Below, piece by piece: positions 10,122-17,650 of a stretch of 64,000 nucleotides of DNA. The DNA comes from Thermoplasmata archaeon (GTDB lineage: Archaea > Thermoplasmatota > Thermoplasmata > Lutacidiplasmatales > UBA184): positions 2,754-66,753 of the forward strand of contig JAKIVT010000002.1 in the NCBI GenBank assembly GCA_022750415.1, read 5' to 3'. Position 1 is the first letter of the stretch. Every line of letters starts with the position of its first letter. Made by a program: the position numbers and the translations under genes. The notes under the pieces are model-generated. The model was not told where the DNA came from, searched no databases, and saw only the letters and a program-made list of their open reading frames with translations.

Positions 10122-10424
10122 TCAGGCGGGGGCCACGCCACCGGTCTGGCAGCTCGGGCAAACCCCGGTGACCGTGAGGGTGACGCCCTCCGCCGTCCAA
10201 CCGTCCGGCCGCCGGTCCGGGAACGCTTCGAGGTTCGGGCCGTCGGCGATTGCGAGGGCGAGGCGGACGATCCGTCCGCATCCGCGGCAGACCGCGTGGC
10301 CGGTCGGAGGGGCGCGCAATCGGGCCGGCCCAGGGGCCGGGGGTACCCACGCCGACTTCGGGGGCGCGTGGCGGGCCCGGACGGACTTGGCGCGGGGACG
10401 CGACTTCCGGGTGGGTTTCGCCAT
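10122..10424 (-). CDS. small zinc-ribbon protein with Fur C-terminal-like metal-binding motifs
   Basis: HAVCRGCGRIV...VTGVCPSCQ resembles the HxxCxxCG...CxxC pattern of the Fur dimerisation domain; N-terminal 40 aa are basic and low-complexity; may be a fragment. Confidence 0.3.
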   Translation of the reverse strand: MAKPTRKSRPRAKSVRARHAPPKSAWVPPAPGPARLRAPPTGHAVCRGCGRIVRLALAIADGPNLEAFPDRRPDGWTAEGVTLTVTGVCPSCQTGGVAPA

Positions 10425-10524
10425 CTCGGTCGGGCACCCTCGCCCTCCTATTTGGTGGTCTCGACGTCACCCGCCGCGACACCGCTAAGGCGCGAGCGAA
10501 GCTCCTCCGGACCCGGAGTGGACG

Positions 10525-10890
10525 ATGGCGGACTCGAAACCGGTGCGGCTCACCCTGGTCGCGGCAACCTGGTGCCCGCATTGCCATCCGTTGTCGATCG
10601 AGCCGACCCACCGGCTCGCGAAGCTCCTCGGGGTCCCGGCTCGGATCCTCGACATCGACATGCCGAGCCAGGAGGACGAGGCCGACCGGCTGGTCCGGGA
10701 GTTCGGTACGTGGGACGACGACTACGTGATTCCCCAAGTATTCCTCGAATGGAGCGACGGCTCGGCCCAGCCGGTCCTCGTCGCCCACCGGGGTTCTCCG
10801 ACGAGCGTGACGCGCGCGATGTGGGAGCAGCTGTTCGTCGACCCGGGCCAACTCCTGGCCCGCGGGAGCGGGTCCTCCGCACGACGGTGA
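10525..10890 (+). CDS. thioredoxin/glutaredoxin-fold protein (WCPHC active site)
   Basis: VAATWCPHCHPL redox motif; 121 aa. Confidence 0.65.
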   Translation: MADSKPVRLTLVAATWCPHCHPLSIEPTHRLAKLLGVPARILDIDMPSQEDEADRLVREFGTWDDDYVIPQVFLEWSDGSAQPVLVAHRGSPTSVTRAMWEQLFVDPGQLLARGSGSSARR

Positions 10891-10972
10891 ACTCGTCGCC
10901 GGCGTCCGGTGTGACCCGGGACTGGTTCGACCAGAAGCTGGGGCAGGTGGCCCCCCGTTCGGGGGATGGGAC

Positions 10973-11260
10973 CTACCGGGAGGCCGTCCAGACGATGGCG
11001 CCGAGACCGGTCGCCTCGCACAATCCGATCCCGAACAGGAACGGGGCGAACGAGTCGGGAATGAGCGGCATGGCGGCGAGATACGAGTACACGGTGAGCC
11101 CGCTCTGGACGACGAACGCCCCGGCGAAGACCAGGAGGGCAAGGCCGAATCCGGTGCGAGTGTGGGCGTACAACCGCCGGTAGAGGACGAACAGTCCCCC
11201 GGCGAGGACGATGCTGATCAGTCCCAGAGCGACGCTCGCCTCCATCAGGAGGTCGGTCAT
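10973..11260 (-). CDS. small membrane protein (starts MTDL..., 3 predicted TM helices)
   Basis: 95 aa and hydrophobic; start overlaps the stop of the upstream regulator (ATGA). Confidence 0.5.
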   Translation of the reverse strand: MTDLLMEASVALGLISIVLAGGLFVLYRRLYAHTRTGFGLALLVFAGAFVVQSGLTVYSYLAAMPLIPDSFAPFLFGIGLCEATGLGAIVWTASR

Positions 11261-11610
11261 CGGGGGGCTCCTCCGGTCGCGGACCGACCGGACTTCCGGG
11301 CAAACCGGGACCCCGACGGCCGGCCGGGCGCCCGCTCCGACTCGACGACCGTTTCGAGGTAGGCGGCCGTCGAAGCGGCGATCTCGTACGGCGAGGCGTA
11401 CGCGTCCCCGACCGGTCGGGTCACCGCCCCGCTCTGCTCCAAGAGACGGAGGTGGTGGCGGACCGTTCGGTAATCGAGCGCGAGCGACTCGGACAACTGG
11501 TGGGCGTTGGCGGGGGTGCGAAGGAGTTCGTCCAGGATCCGCCGCCGGTTCGGCCCCCCGCGGGTGCCGAACAGGACGTACCACATCAGCGAGCGGAAGC
11601 CGGGGGTCAT
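11257..11610 (-). CDS. ArsR-like winged-helix transcriptional regulator
   Basis: RRRILDELLRTPANAHQLSESLALDYRTVRHHLRLLEQSGAV is an HTH_20/ArsR-like motif; translationally coupled to the downstream membrane-protein gene. Confidence 0.6.
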   Translation of the reverse strand: MTPGFRSLMWYVLFGTRGGPNRRRILDELLRTPANAHQLSESLALDYRTVRHHLRLLEQSGAVTRPVGDAYASPYEIAASTAAYLETVVESERAPGRPSGSRFARKSGRSATGGAPR

Positions 11611-11680
11611 GGGGACCCCCGTGCGAGGGGCCCGCCCCTTATCAGGCGGACCCCCAAATTCGGCCGCCGCGGAACCGTCC

Positions 11681-12832
11681 TCAGAACGCCGCCAACCCCT
11701 CCGCGGTCGCCGGCAGGTGGAAGACGGCGGTGAGGAGGGTCAGGCCCCCCATCGAGCCGACGTGGAACTCTTCGATCTCCCCCGCCCCGGCGTCGTAGAC
11801 GAACAGGTACTGGTTGTGGGTCCCGCCGAGCGCGAGGTCCGTGTCCGCCGCGCCCGTGGTGGCGGCGACCGGCGCGAGGAGCGTCAGCGTGCCCCCGGTG
11901 CCGACGGTGTACGACGAGATCGTGCTGCTGTGCGCGTTGGAGGTGTACGCAATCCGGCCCCCGTGCGCTACGACCACCCAGCAGGCGGCCGTCCCGTTGT
12001 CGGCGATGGCACCGCTGACGACACTGACCGCTCCCGAGTTCGCGAGGGTGTACGAGGAGAGGGCCCCTGGCCCGGCGTCGCTCACGATGAGCGAACCGCC
12101 CTGGCCGAACGCAAAGCCGTACGGCGTCGAGCCGTTGGAGCTCGTCACCGTCGGAGCCTGCGCGACCCCCCGAATGTTGACCGGGTAGGTGTCGAGGTTG
12201 CTCGTCGCCTTCTCGGTGACGACCAGGACGGTGCCGGCGGGGTTGAACGATACCTGGGCGGGGCCCGTCGGAGCCGTCGAGCTGAGCGGCTGGCTCGACC
12301 CGCGGAGCGGGAACAGCCAACCGTGGTCGGCGAGGAGGAACCCGGCGATGTTCCCCGGGGTCGTCGCGTTCCCGGCGTTGAGGACGTAGACGATCCGGTC
12401 GTGGACGGTCACGCTGACCGGTTCGACACCGCGGGAGCCCGCGTGGCCGATGTAGGAGAGGAGCGGGCTACCGGTTCCCGGTCCGTGGACCTGGAACACG
12501 GTGAGCGTATTGCTCCCCGCGTTCACGACCAGGAGAAACCGGTGGTCGGCCGTCAGCGTCAGAGCCCCCTGGTCGGCGAGGCTGACCCCGGTTCCCTTCC
12601 CGTGGGTGGAAAAGTGACCGTCGGGGATCAGGGCCCCACCCTTCCCGATGTGGTAGGCGATCACGACGTTGCCGGAGACGGCGTTCGTCATCGTGAACAC
12701 GGCTCCCCCGGCACCGGCCGGGGCGGCCGACAGGGCGGTCGAGTTCGGCGATTGGGCGGCGGCGACGGTCGGCACCAGCAGCAGTAGGGCGGCCGCTACC
12801 GGGATCAGCCAGAGGGGGCTCGGTCGTTTCAT
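11681..12832 (-). CDS. secreted 7-bladed beta-propeller protein (lactonase-like fold)
   Basis: Signal peptide MKRPSPLWLIPVAAALLLLVPTVAAA; repeated ~45-aa blades with motifs such as YV.N/A.S...TV resembling the PF10282 lactonase propeller. Confidence 0.55.
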   Translation of the reverse strand: MKRPSPLWLIPVAAALLLLVPTVAAAQSPNSTALSAAPAGAGGAVFTMTNAVSGNVVIAYHIGKGGALIPDGHFSTHGKGTGVSLADQGALTLTADHRFLLVVNAGSNTLTVFQVHGPGTGSPLLSYIGHAGSRGVEPVSVTVHDRIVYVLNAGNATTPGNIAGFLLADHGWLFPLRGSSQPLSSTAPTGPAQVSFNPAGTVLVVTEKATSNLDTYPVNIRGVAQAPTVTSSNGSTPYGFAFGQGGSLIVSDAGPGALSSYTLANSGAVSVVSGAIADNGTAACWVVVAHGGRIAYTSNAHSSTISSYTVGTGGTLTLLAPVAATTGAADTDLALGGTHNQYLFVYDAGAGEIEEFHVGSMGGLTLLTAVFHLPATAEGLAAF

Positions 12833-12986
12833 GGTGGGCGCCCATCGGGAGCGCGCGGGATAGAGCTCGGCCGGATTGGGCCCCCAATCGGACCCGAATT
12901 CGGTCCGAATCCCACCTCACTTCCGCCCCAATTCGACCGATAGGCCCCCCGGAGCACCCGAACGAGACACCGCTCCGGCGCCCTAC

Positions 12987-13010
12987 AGAACTTACCTTGG
13001 AGTAAGTTCT
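12987..13010 (+). promoter_or_regulatory. perfect 9-bp inverted repeat AGAACTTAC-n6-GTAAGTTCT, 37 nt upstream of the MNT-HEPN operon
   Basis: Seen directly in the sequence in an AT-richer stretch; typical placement for a toxin-antitoxin auto-operator; followed by a TATA-like 'tctatac'. Confidence 0.4.
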
Positions 13011-13046
13011 ATACAGCCTTGCTGACGTGACCTATCGGAAGGATCG

Positions 13047-13484
13047 ATGAAGGCGGTTCGACTCCCGACGCTGCGGTGCTACCGTTGCGTCTACGCCTGG
13101 ACGCCGGCGCACAGTCCCGTGCGGCTTTGCCCTCGGTGCAAGTCCCATCTCTGGGACGTGCCGAAGATCCGGCGGGTCCGACTCGGCCGGGGCCTCGGCA
13201 TAGACGAGATCCTGGTACCCCACCGGGCGGGGATTCTCCGCCTGGCGCGAACGCACGGTGCCCGGCGGGTTCGCGTCTACGGCTCGGTGCGTCGACGGGA
13301 GGCAGATTCTCGGAGCGACGTGGACCTGCTGGTGGACTGGAACCGGACCGCTCCGCCGCTCGCGGGTCTCCGGCTGGAGATTGCCCTCCAGGAACTGTTG
13401 GGTCGGGACGTCAGCGTGGCCGAGGAGGCCACCCTCCCCTGGTGGTTCCGGCCCCAGGTTCTCGCCGAGGCAGTCGAATGGTGA
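13047..13484 (+). CDS. minimal nucleotidyltransferase (MNT/MntA-like antitoxin) with N-terminal CxxC...CxxC zinc ribbon
   Basis: GSVRRREADSRSDVDLLVDW matches the GSxxRG...SDxD nucleotidyltransferase motif; N-terminal CYRC...CPRC. Confidence 0.65.
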   Translation: MKAVRLPTLRCYRCVYAWTPAHSPVRLCPRCKSHLWDVPKIRRVRLGRGLGIDEILVPHRAGILRLARTHGARRVRVYGSVRRREADSRSDVDLLVDWNRTAPPLAGLRLEIALQELLGRDVSVAEEATLPWWFRPQVLAEAVEW

Positions 13485-13852
13485 GGGAGAAGCGTCGGGT
13501 GGACCGGGAGCTGACGTTCCTGATGCTGAAGGCGGCTTCCGACGCGGAGGAGTACGTCGCGCTCCGTCGGGAGGCGTATCTCGCCAACGACCGGCTCGGG
13601 CGGTTCGCCCGTCGGGGACTCCGAAATTGCATTTTCGAGTTCTGCGAGTCCGCTTCCCGGCTCAGCGCCGCGTTTCGAGCGGCCAACGACCTTCCATGGG
13701 GGGAGCTCCTCCAGATGCGACAGGACCTGGGGCACGACTACCCAGAGGTGCCGGCCGAGCGGGCCGAGGAGTTCGCCCGCCTTTCGATGATCCCCGCGGC
13801 CCGCCGACTCCGAAGGGCCCGGTTTCCGAAGTCCCCGGACGCCCCGAAGTAG
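13478..13852 (+). CDS. HEPN-domain protein (HepT/DUF86-like toxin)
   Basis: R-x4-H-x-Y motif MRQDLGHDY; overlaps the MNT gene by 7 nt (ATGGTGA). Confidence 0.65.
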   Translation: MVREKRRVDRELTFLMLKAASDAEEYVALRREAYLANDRLGRFARRGLRNCIFEFCESASRLSAAFRAANDLPWGELLQMRQDLGHDYPEVPAERAEEFARLSMIPAARRLRRARFPKSPDAPK

Positions 13853-13959
13853 CCGGCGTCCACCGTCCCCTTCCACCGGGTGGTGGGGGTCCCGGTCGAA
13901 CCGAACGGTCTTAGGGCGCGGACGGCTCGCACCGTCGGGGACGTCCCTCCCGACATCGA

Positions 13960-14373
13960 ATGAGTACGACCACCGCCCCACCGCAGGAAGTTCGCTCGAC
14001 GGGCGCCGGGCCGGCCCCCCTGACCAAGGTCGGGAGCGCCTTCCTCGAGGCGCTCGGCGACGAGCAGACCCGGGCGATCCTCCTCGCCCTGGACTTGGAG
14101 GAACTCGACGTGCACGAACTGGTGTTGCGGACGGGACTGCCCCAAAGCTCCGTCTACCGCAAGCTCCACGATCTCGAGGAAGCCGAACTGGTCCGGATCG
14201 TCCGGTACGCTTTCACCCCCGAGGGCCGGAAGGTCGAGATATACCGGAGCCGATTGCGGGAGGTCCGGGTCCATTTGGGGAACGGCCGTGTCCGCCTCGA
14301 GATGATCCCCCGCGAGGATTCGGCCGACCGACTCGGTTCGATGTGGGAAGAGGTGCAGGTGCGGAGGCCATGA
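13960..14373 (+). CDS. ArsR-family winged-helix transcriptional regulator
   Basis: TRAILLALDLEELDVHELVLRTGLPQSSVYRKLHDLEEAELV is an HTH motif. Confidence 0.55.
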   Translation: MSTTTAPPQEVRSTGAGPAPLTKVGSAFLEALGDEQTRAILLALDLEELDVHELVLRTGLPQSSVYRKLHDLEEAELVRIVRYAFTPEGRKVEIYRSRLREVRVHLGNGRVRLEMIPREDSADRLGSMWEEVQVRRP

Positions 14374-14651
14374 CCGACCTCATCTGGGTGCTCCGGGGGC
14401 TCGAGGGACTCGTCCTCGTCGTCGGCGCCGCAATCGCCTACAACAGCTTCGTCGCCTACCGACGGACCCGCCGCCGCTCGTTGCTCTACCTGGGGCTCGG
14501 GTTCTTCCTCGTCTCCGTCGCGGCCGCCGTCGCGGGAGTGCTGTACGAGTTCCTCTCGCAGGACCTTTTGACCGCGTGGATCGCGAGCGCCGGGTTCGAC
14601 TCGGCCGGTTTCCTGGTAATCCTCTATTCGATCGTCCGGCCCTCCGAGTGA
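14370..14651 (+). CDS. small membrane protein (starts MTDL...)
   Basis: ATGA overlap with the upstream regulator; two to three hydrophobic helices; same architecture as the pair at 10973-11610. Confidence 0.5.
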   Translation: MTDLIWVLRGLEGLVLVVGAAIAYNSFVAYRRTRRRSLLYLGLGFFLVSVAAAVAGVLYEFLSQDLLTAWIASAGFDSAGFLVILYSIVRPSE

Positions 14652-14693
14652 CCCGCCCGAAGGCGCTCCCCGGAGGGCGGGCTGGAACGGGGC

Positions 14694-15278
14694 CTACCCT
14701 GTCACCGTGATGATCCCGGCCATCAGGCCGGGAGTCATCATGGACCCCGGATCGCACGGGGCCATGCAGTTCCAGGAGTACGCCCCGGTCGTGTTGAAGT
14801 ACGCCCCGAAGTCGACGGTCGTGGGCTCCGCCAAATTCGCGGACGCCGGAATGGCGACGTTCAGGTTGTACGGCGCCTGGGCGATGGTGAACGTGTGGCC
14901 GATCTGGGCCATCGGTACGGAGGAGACCGACTCGGCGGAGCTGGCCCCGAAGTAGGTCACCTGGTCGGAACCGCCGACCGTGCCGACGGTGTCCGCGTAG
15001 ACGGGGGCGACGGCGTTGGTCCCGTTGTCGTAGTTCGTGATGGTGAAGATGATGAGGGTGTGGGCGGGGAGGCTGACGTTGGCGGGGAAGTACTGGTCCA
15101 TCCCGGTGGCGGGGTTGAACGCGATCGTCAGGTAGATGTGGTCGGGCCCGGCGGAAGGAGCCGCCGTCGGACCGGGCGTGCCGGTGTTGGAGCCGAGCCC
15201 GAGCCCGATGAGAAACGCGAGGACGACGGTGGCGGCCAAGGCGATCGCGACGGTGTTGAACCAATTCTGGTCGGACAT
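14694..15278 (-). CDS. membrane-anchored exported protein with cupredoxin/CuA (CoxB)-like C-terminal domain, ligand set apparently degenerate
   Basis: N-terminal TM anchor followed by a Pro/Thr/Ala linker; IGHTFTI...AIP resembles the CoxB H-S-F motif; C-terminal YSWNCMAPCDPGSMMTPG has the CxxxC spacing and Met residues but lacks the second His. Confidence 0.4.
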   Translation of the reverse strand: MSDQNWFNTVAIALAATVVLAFLIGLGLGSNTGTPGPTAAPSAGPDHIYLTIAFNPATGMDQYFPANVSLPAHTLIIFTITNYDNGTNAVAPVYADTVGTVGGSDQVTYFGASSAESVSSVPMAQIGHTFTIAQAPYNLNVAIPASANLAEPTTVDFGAYFNTTGAYSWNCMAPCDPGSMMTPGLMAGIITVTG

Positions 15279-15325
15279 GGTCTTCCTACGTTCTAGATCA
15301 TGGGTCGCGGGTCCATGCCGCTAAC

Positions 15326-15354
15326 GGAATTTCTTCGACCCGGTTCTCAGATGC
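15326..15354 (+). promoter_or_regulatory. copy A of a conserved ~29-nt motif GGAATTTCTTCGACCCGGTTCTCAGATGC, ~48 nt upstream of the minus-strand gene starting at 15278
   Basis: About 28/32 identity to copy B at 16831-16858, in the same orientation. Confidence 0.45.
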
Positions 15355-15465
15355 TGGAACGGAGCCGACCGGTTCGGCCGGGGGTCCCGGCGGCCGGACT
15401 CACTCGGGCGGAGCGGCAAGCCATCGGGAGACCCTCGGCAGCCTCGCACGCCCGGTGGCCCAGAT

Positions 15466-15882
15466 TCAGTGGTCCAGCGCCAGGTACCTCCCGGCGCCTC
15501 CGAGGAACAGGACCACTGAGATCAGCATGTACAAGGGGTGAGGCCCCACGTCGGTTCCGCCCGGGATGTTGAACGTCGAGCCGACTTGGGTAACGAGAAA
15601 CACCGCCGAGAAGAGGAATCCCACGAGGCACGCGAACCGGGTGGTCGCCCCGAGCAGAAACGCGAGCGCCAGGTAGGCGGTGACGAGGGCGACGACCCAC
15701 GCGAAGACGCTGGCGTGGGCGGCCACCCAATCGGGGAGCGCGCTCCCCCCGTACGTCGTCGGCGCGTACGATTGCGCCGTGCTCTGGAACGTTCCGAAGA
15801 ATTGGTTCTCCGGGTCGATGACGAACAGGAGGTTCAGAACCCAGATGACGCCCATTCCGACGCGCAGGAGCTCGATCGACAT
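15466..15882 (-). CDS. DoxX-like membrane protein
   Basis: Four hydrophobic helices, DoxX/DoxD-like; start taken at MSIELLRVGMGVIWVL. Confidence 0.45.
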   Translation of the reverse strand: MSIELLRVGMGVIWVLNLLFVIDPENQFFGTFQSTAQSYAPTTYGGSALPDWVAAHASVFAWVVALVTAYLALAFLLGATTRFACLVGFLFSAVFLVTQVGSTFNIPGGTDVGPHPLYMLISVVLFLGGAGRYLALDH

Positions 15883-15946
15883 CCCTTCGGGATGCCGTCG
15901 CCACAGCTCGCGGAGACGGGCCGGCCAATGGGCCGGGGACCCCTCG

Positions 15947-16780
15947 CTACGCAACGAGGTAGCCCCCATCCACAACGAGCACCGCACCGGTAACGTAGTC
16001 GGAGGCGCGGGAAGCGAGGAACAGCGTCGCGCGGGCGATGTCGTCCGGTTCCCCCATCCGGCCGAGCGGGATGTGCTGGAGGAACCCCCGGGTGAACGTA
16101 TCCACGGAGGCGCCGGTCGCGCGGAGGACGTCGGCCGAGACCGCTCCCGCGCCGGGGGTGTTGATCCCCCCGGGGGCGACGGCGTTCACCCGGATCTTCA
16201 ATCCGCCCCACTCGGCGGCCAGGGACCGGGTCAACATGGCCAACCCGCCCTTGGAGGCGTCGTAGTGCGCGAGGTTGCCCGACGGATGGAACGAGTCGAT
16301 CGACGCGATGTTCACGATCGCTCCCCCATTCCCGGTGGCCCGCATCGACCGGGCCGCCGCCCGGGCGAACAGGAACGCGCCCCGGAGGTTGATCGCGAGC
16401 ACCCGGTCCCAGAGCTCCACCGGGGTGAGATCGGCGGGCGAGAACGGGAAGACCCCGGCGTTGTTGACCAGAATCCGAACGCCGCCCATTCGACGCACCG
16501 TCTCCGCGATGGCCCGGTCCGGGTCCGTGGGGCTCCCCGCGTCGGCCTCCACCGCGTCGGCGGTGCCTCCGGTCGCCACGATCTGGGCGACGACCCGCCG
16601 GGCGGCGTCGAGATTGACGTCGGCGATCATCACACGGGCCCCGGCCGCCGCGAGTCAGAGCGCGATCGCTTCGCCGATCCCCATGGCGCCGCCGGTCACC
16701 ACGGCCACCTGGCCGTGCAGGTCGAACAGTTCCGCCGCCGTCGGCATCGGCCCGCGGATTCCACCGGATTCCATCGCCAT
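15947..16780 (-). pseudogene. short-chain dehydrogenase/reductase (SDR) interrupted by an in-frame TGA at 16655-16657
   Basis: Upstream ORF ends ...QVAVVTGGAMGIGEAIAL-TGA and the same frame continues LAAAGARVMIADVNLDAARR... through the NNAG motif and an YxxxK-like catalytic region to the normal C-terminus. Confidence 0.5.
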
Positions 16781-16830
16781 CGTGTCCACCTTCCCGTGGC
16801 CTACGAGCGGGAATCGAATATCCGAGTCTG

Positions 16831-16858
16831 GGAGTTTCTTCGGACCGGTTCCCAGATT
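16831..16858 (+). promoter_or_regulatory. copy B of the conserved motif GGAGTTTCTTCGGACCGGTTCCCAGATT, between the divergent SDR and DoxX genes
   Basis: See copy A; ~50 nt upstream of the MAMESGG start of the SDR and ~60 nt upstream of the DoxX start. Confidence 0.45.
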
Positions 16859-16903
16859 CAAGATTTCCCGTAGGTTCTTCTACCCCGACTCCCCCCGGTC
16901 GTC

Positions 16904-17527
16904 TTGGGAAAGTCGATGACCGAAACGAAGGTAGCACTGGCCGAGAACTCGACGTGGTGGGTGCAGCACGCCCAGTCGCTGAAGACGGTGTTCCGGCTCC
17001 TCCTCGGCATTGCGTGGCTGACGGCTGGGGTCCTCAAGTTCACCTCCGGATTCGTGGACAACTTCGTGAACTCCGTCCAGGCGTCTCAGTCGAACGCCCC
17101 GGGCTGGCTTTCCGGCTGGTTCAACTTCTGGGCCGCGCAGGCCACGGCCAACCCGACGCTCATCGTCTACACGGTCGGGGCCCTCGAGGTGGCGCTCGGC
17201 CTCGCGCTCCTTCTCGGCCTGATGCGGAAGGTCGCCTACCTCGGCGGTGTCGTACTCGCCTTGTTGATCTGGGCGGTCCCCGAAGGGTTCGGCGGCCCGT
17301 ACCAATCCGGTGCCGGGGGCACGGACATCGGGACGGGGGTCATCTACGCGATCGCGTTCCTCGGCCTGATCGTGATCAACGCGACCTACGGACCGAGCCG
17401 CTTCAGCCTCGACGCCGTCATCGAGCGGCGCTTCCCGGCGTGGGCCCGCATCGCGGAGTTCGGACCGTTCGCCGCGAAAGCGCCCGGCGGAGGGACCGGC
17501 ACGGAGTCGACCGCGCCGGCGCCCTAG
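16904..17527 (+). CDS. DoxX-family membrane protein
   Basis: LLLGIAWLTAGVLKF... with four TM helices (DoxX/TQO small subunit-like); Gly-rich C-terminal tail. Confidence 0.65.
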   Translation: MGKSMTETKVALAENSTWWVQHAQSLKTVFRLLLGIAWLTAGVLKFTSGFVDNFVNSVQASQSNAPGWLSGWFNFWAAQATANPTLIVYTVGALEVALGLALLLGLMRKVAYLGGVVLALLIWAVPEGFGGPYQSGAGGTDIGTGVIYAIAFLGLIVINATYGPSRFSLDAVIERRFPAWARIAEFGPFAAKAPGGGTGTESTAPAP

Positions 17528-17650
17528 CCAGCGAGGCCCTCCGACCGTGGTCGGTTCCGCGCCCCCCGATCCGGGATTCGAACCCCGGGAGCGGAGTCGC
17601 TCGCCGGCCGAGCGGACCCTGGCGGTCGCGCCTCGGACGGTCGAGGACGC

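Noticed and set aside
8638-10488. 616-aa plus-strand ORF
   Set aside because: Antisense to the Fe-alcohol dehydrogenase and the zinc-ribbon ORF; Arg/Gly/Pro-rich with no domain signatures.
16655-16861. N-terminal extension MNLGTGPKKLPDSDIRFPL... of the SDR upstream ORF
   Set aside because: This stretch overlaps the conserved intergenic 29-nt motif shared with the 15326 locus; the SDR most likely starts at the internal MAMESGG or MPTAAEL methionine.
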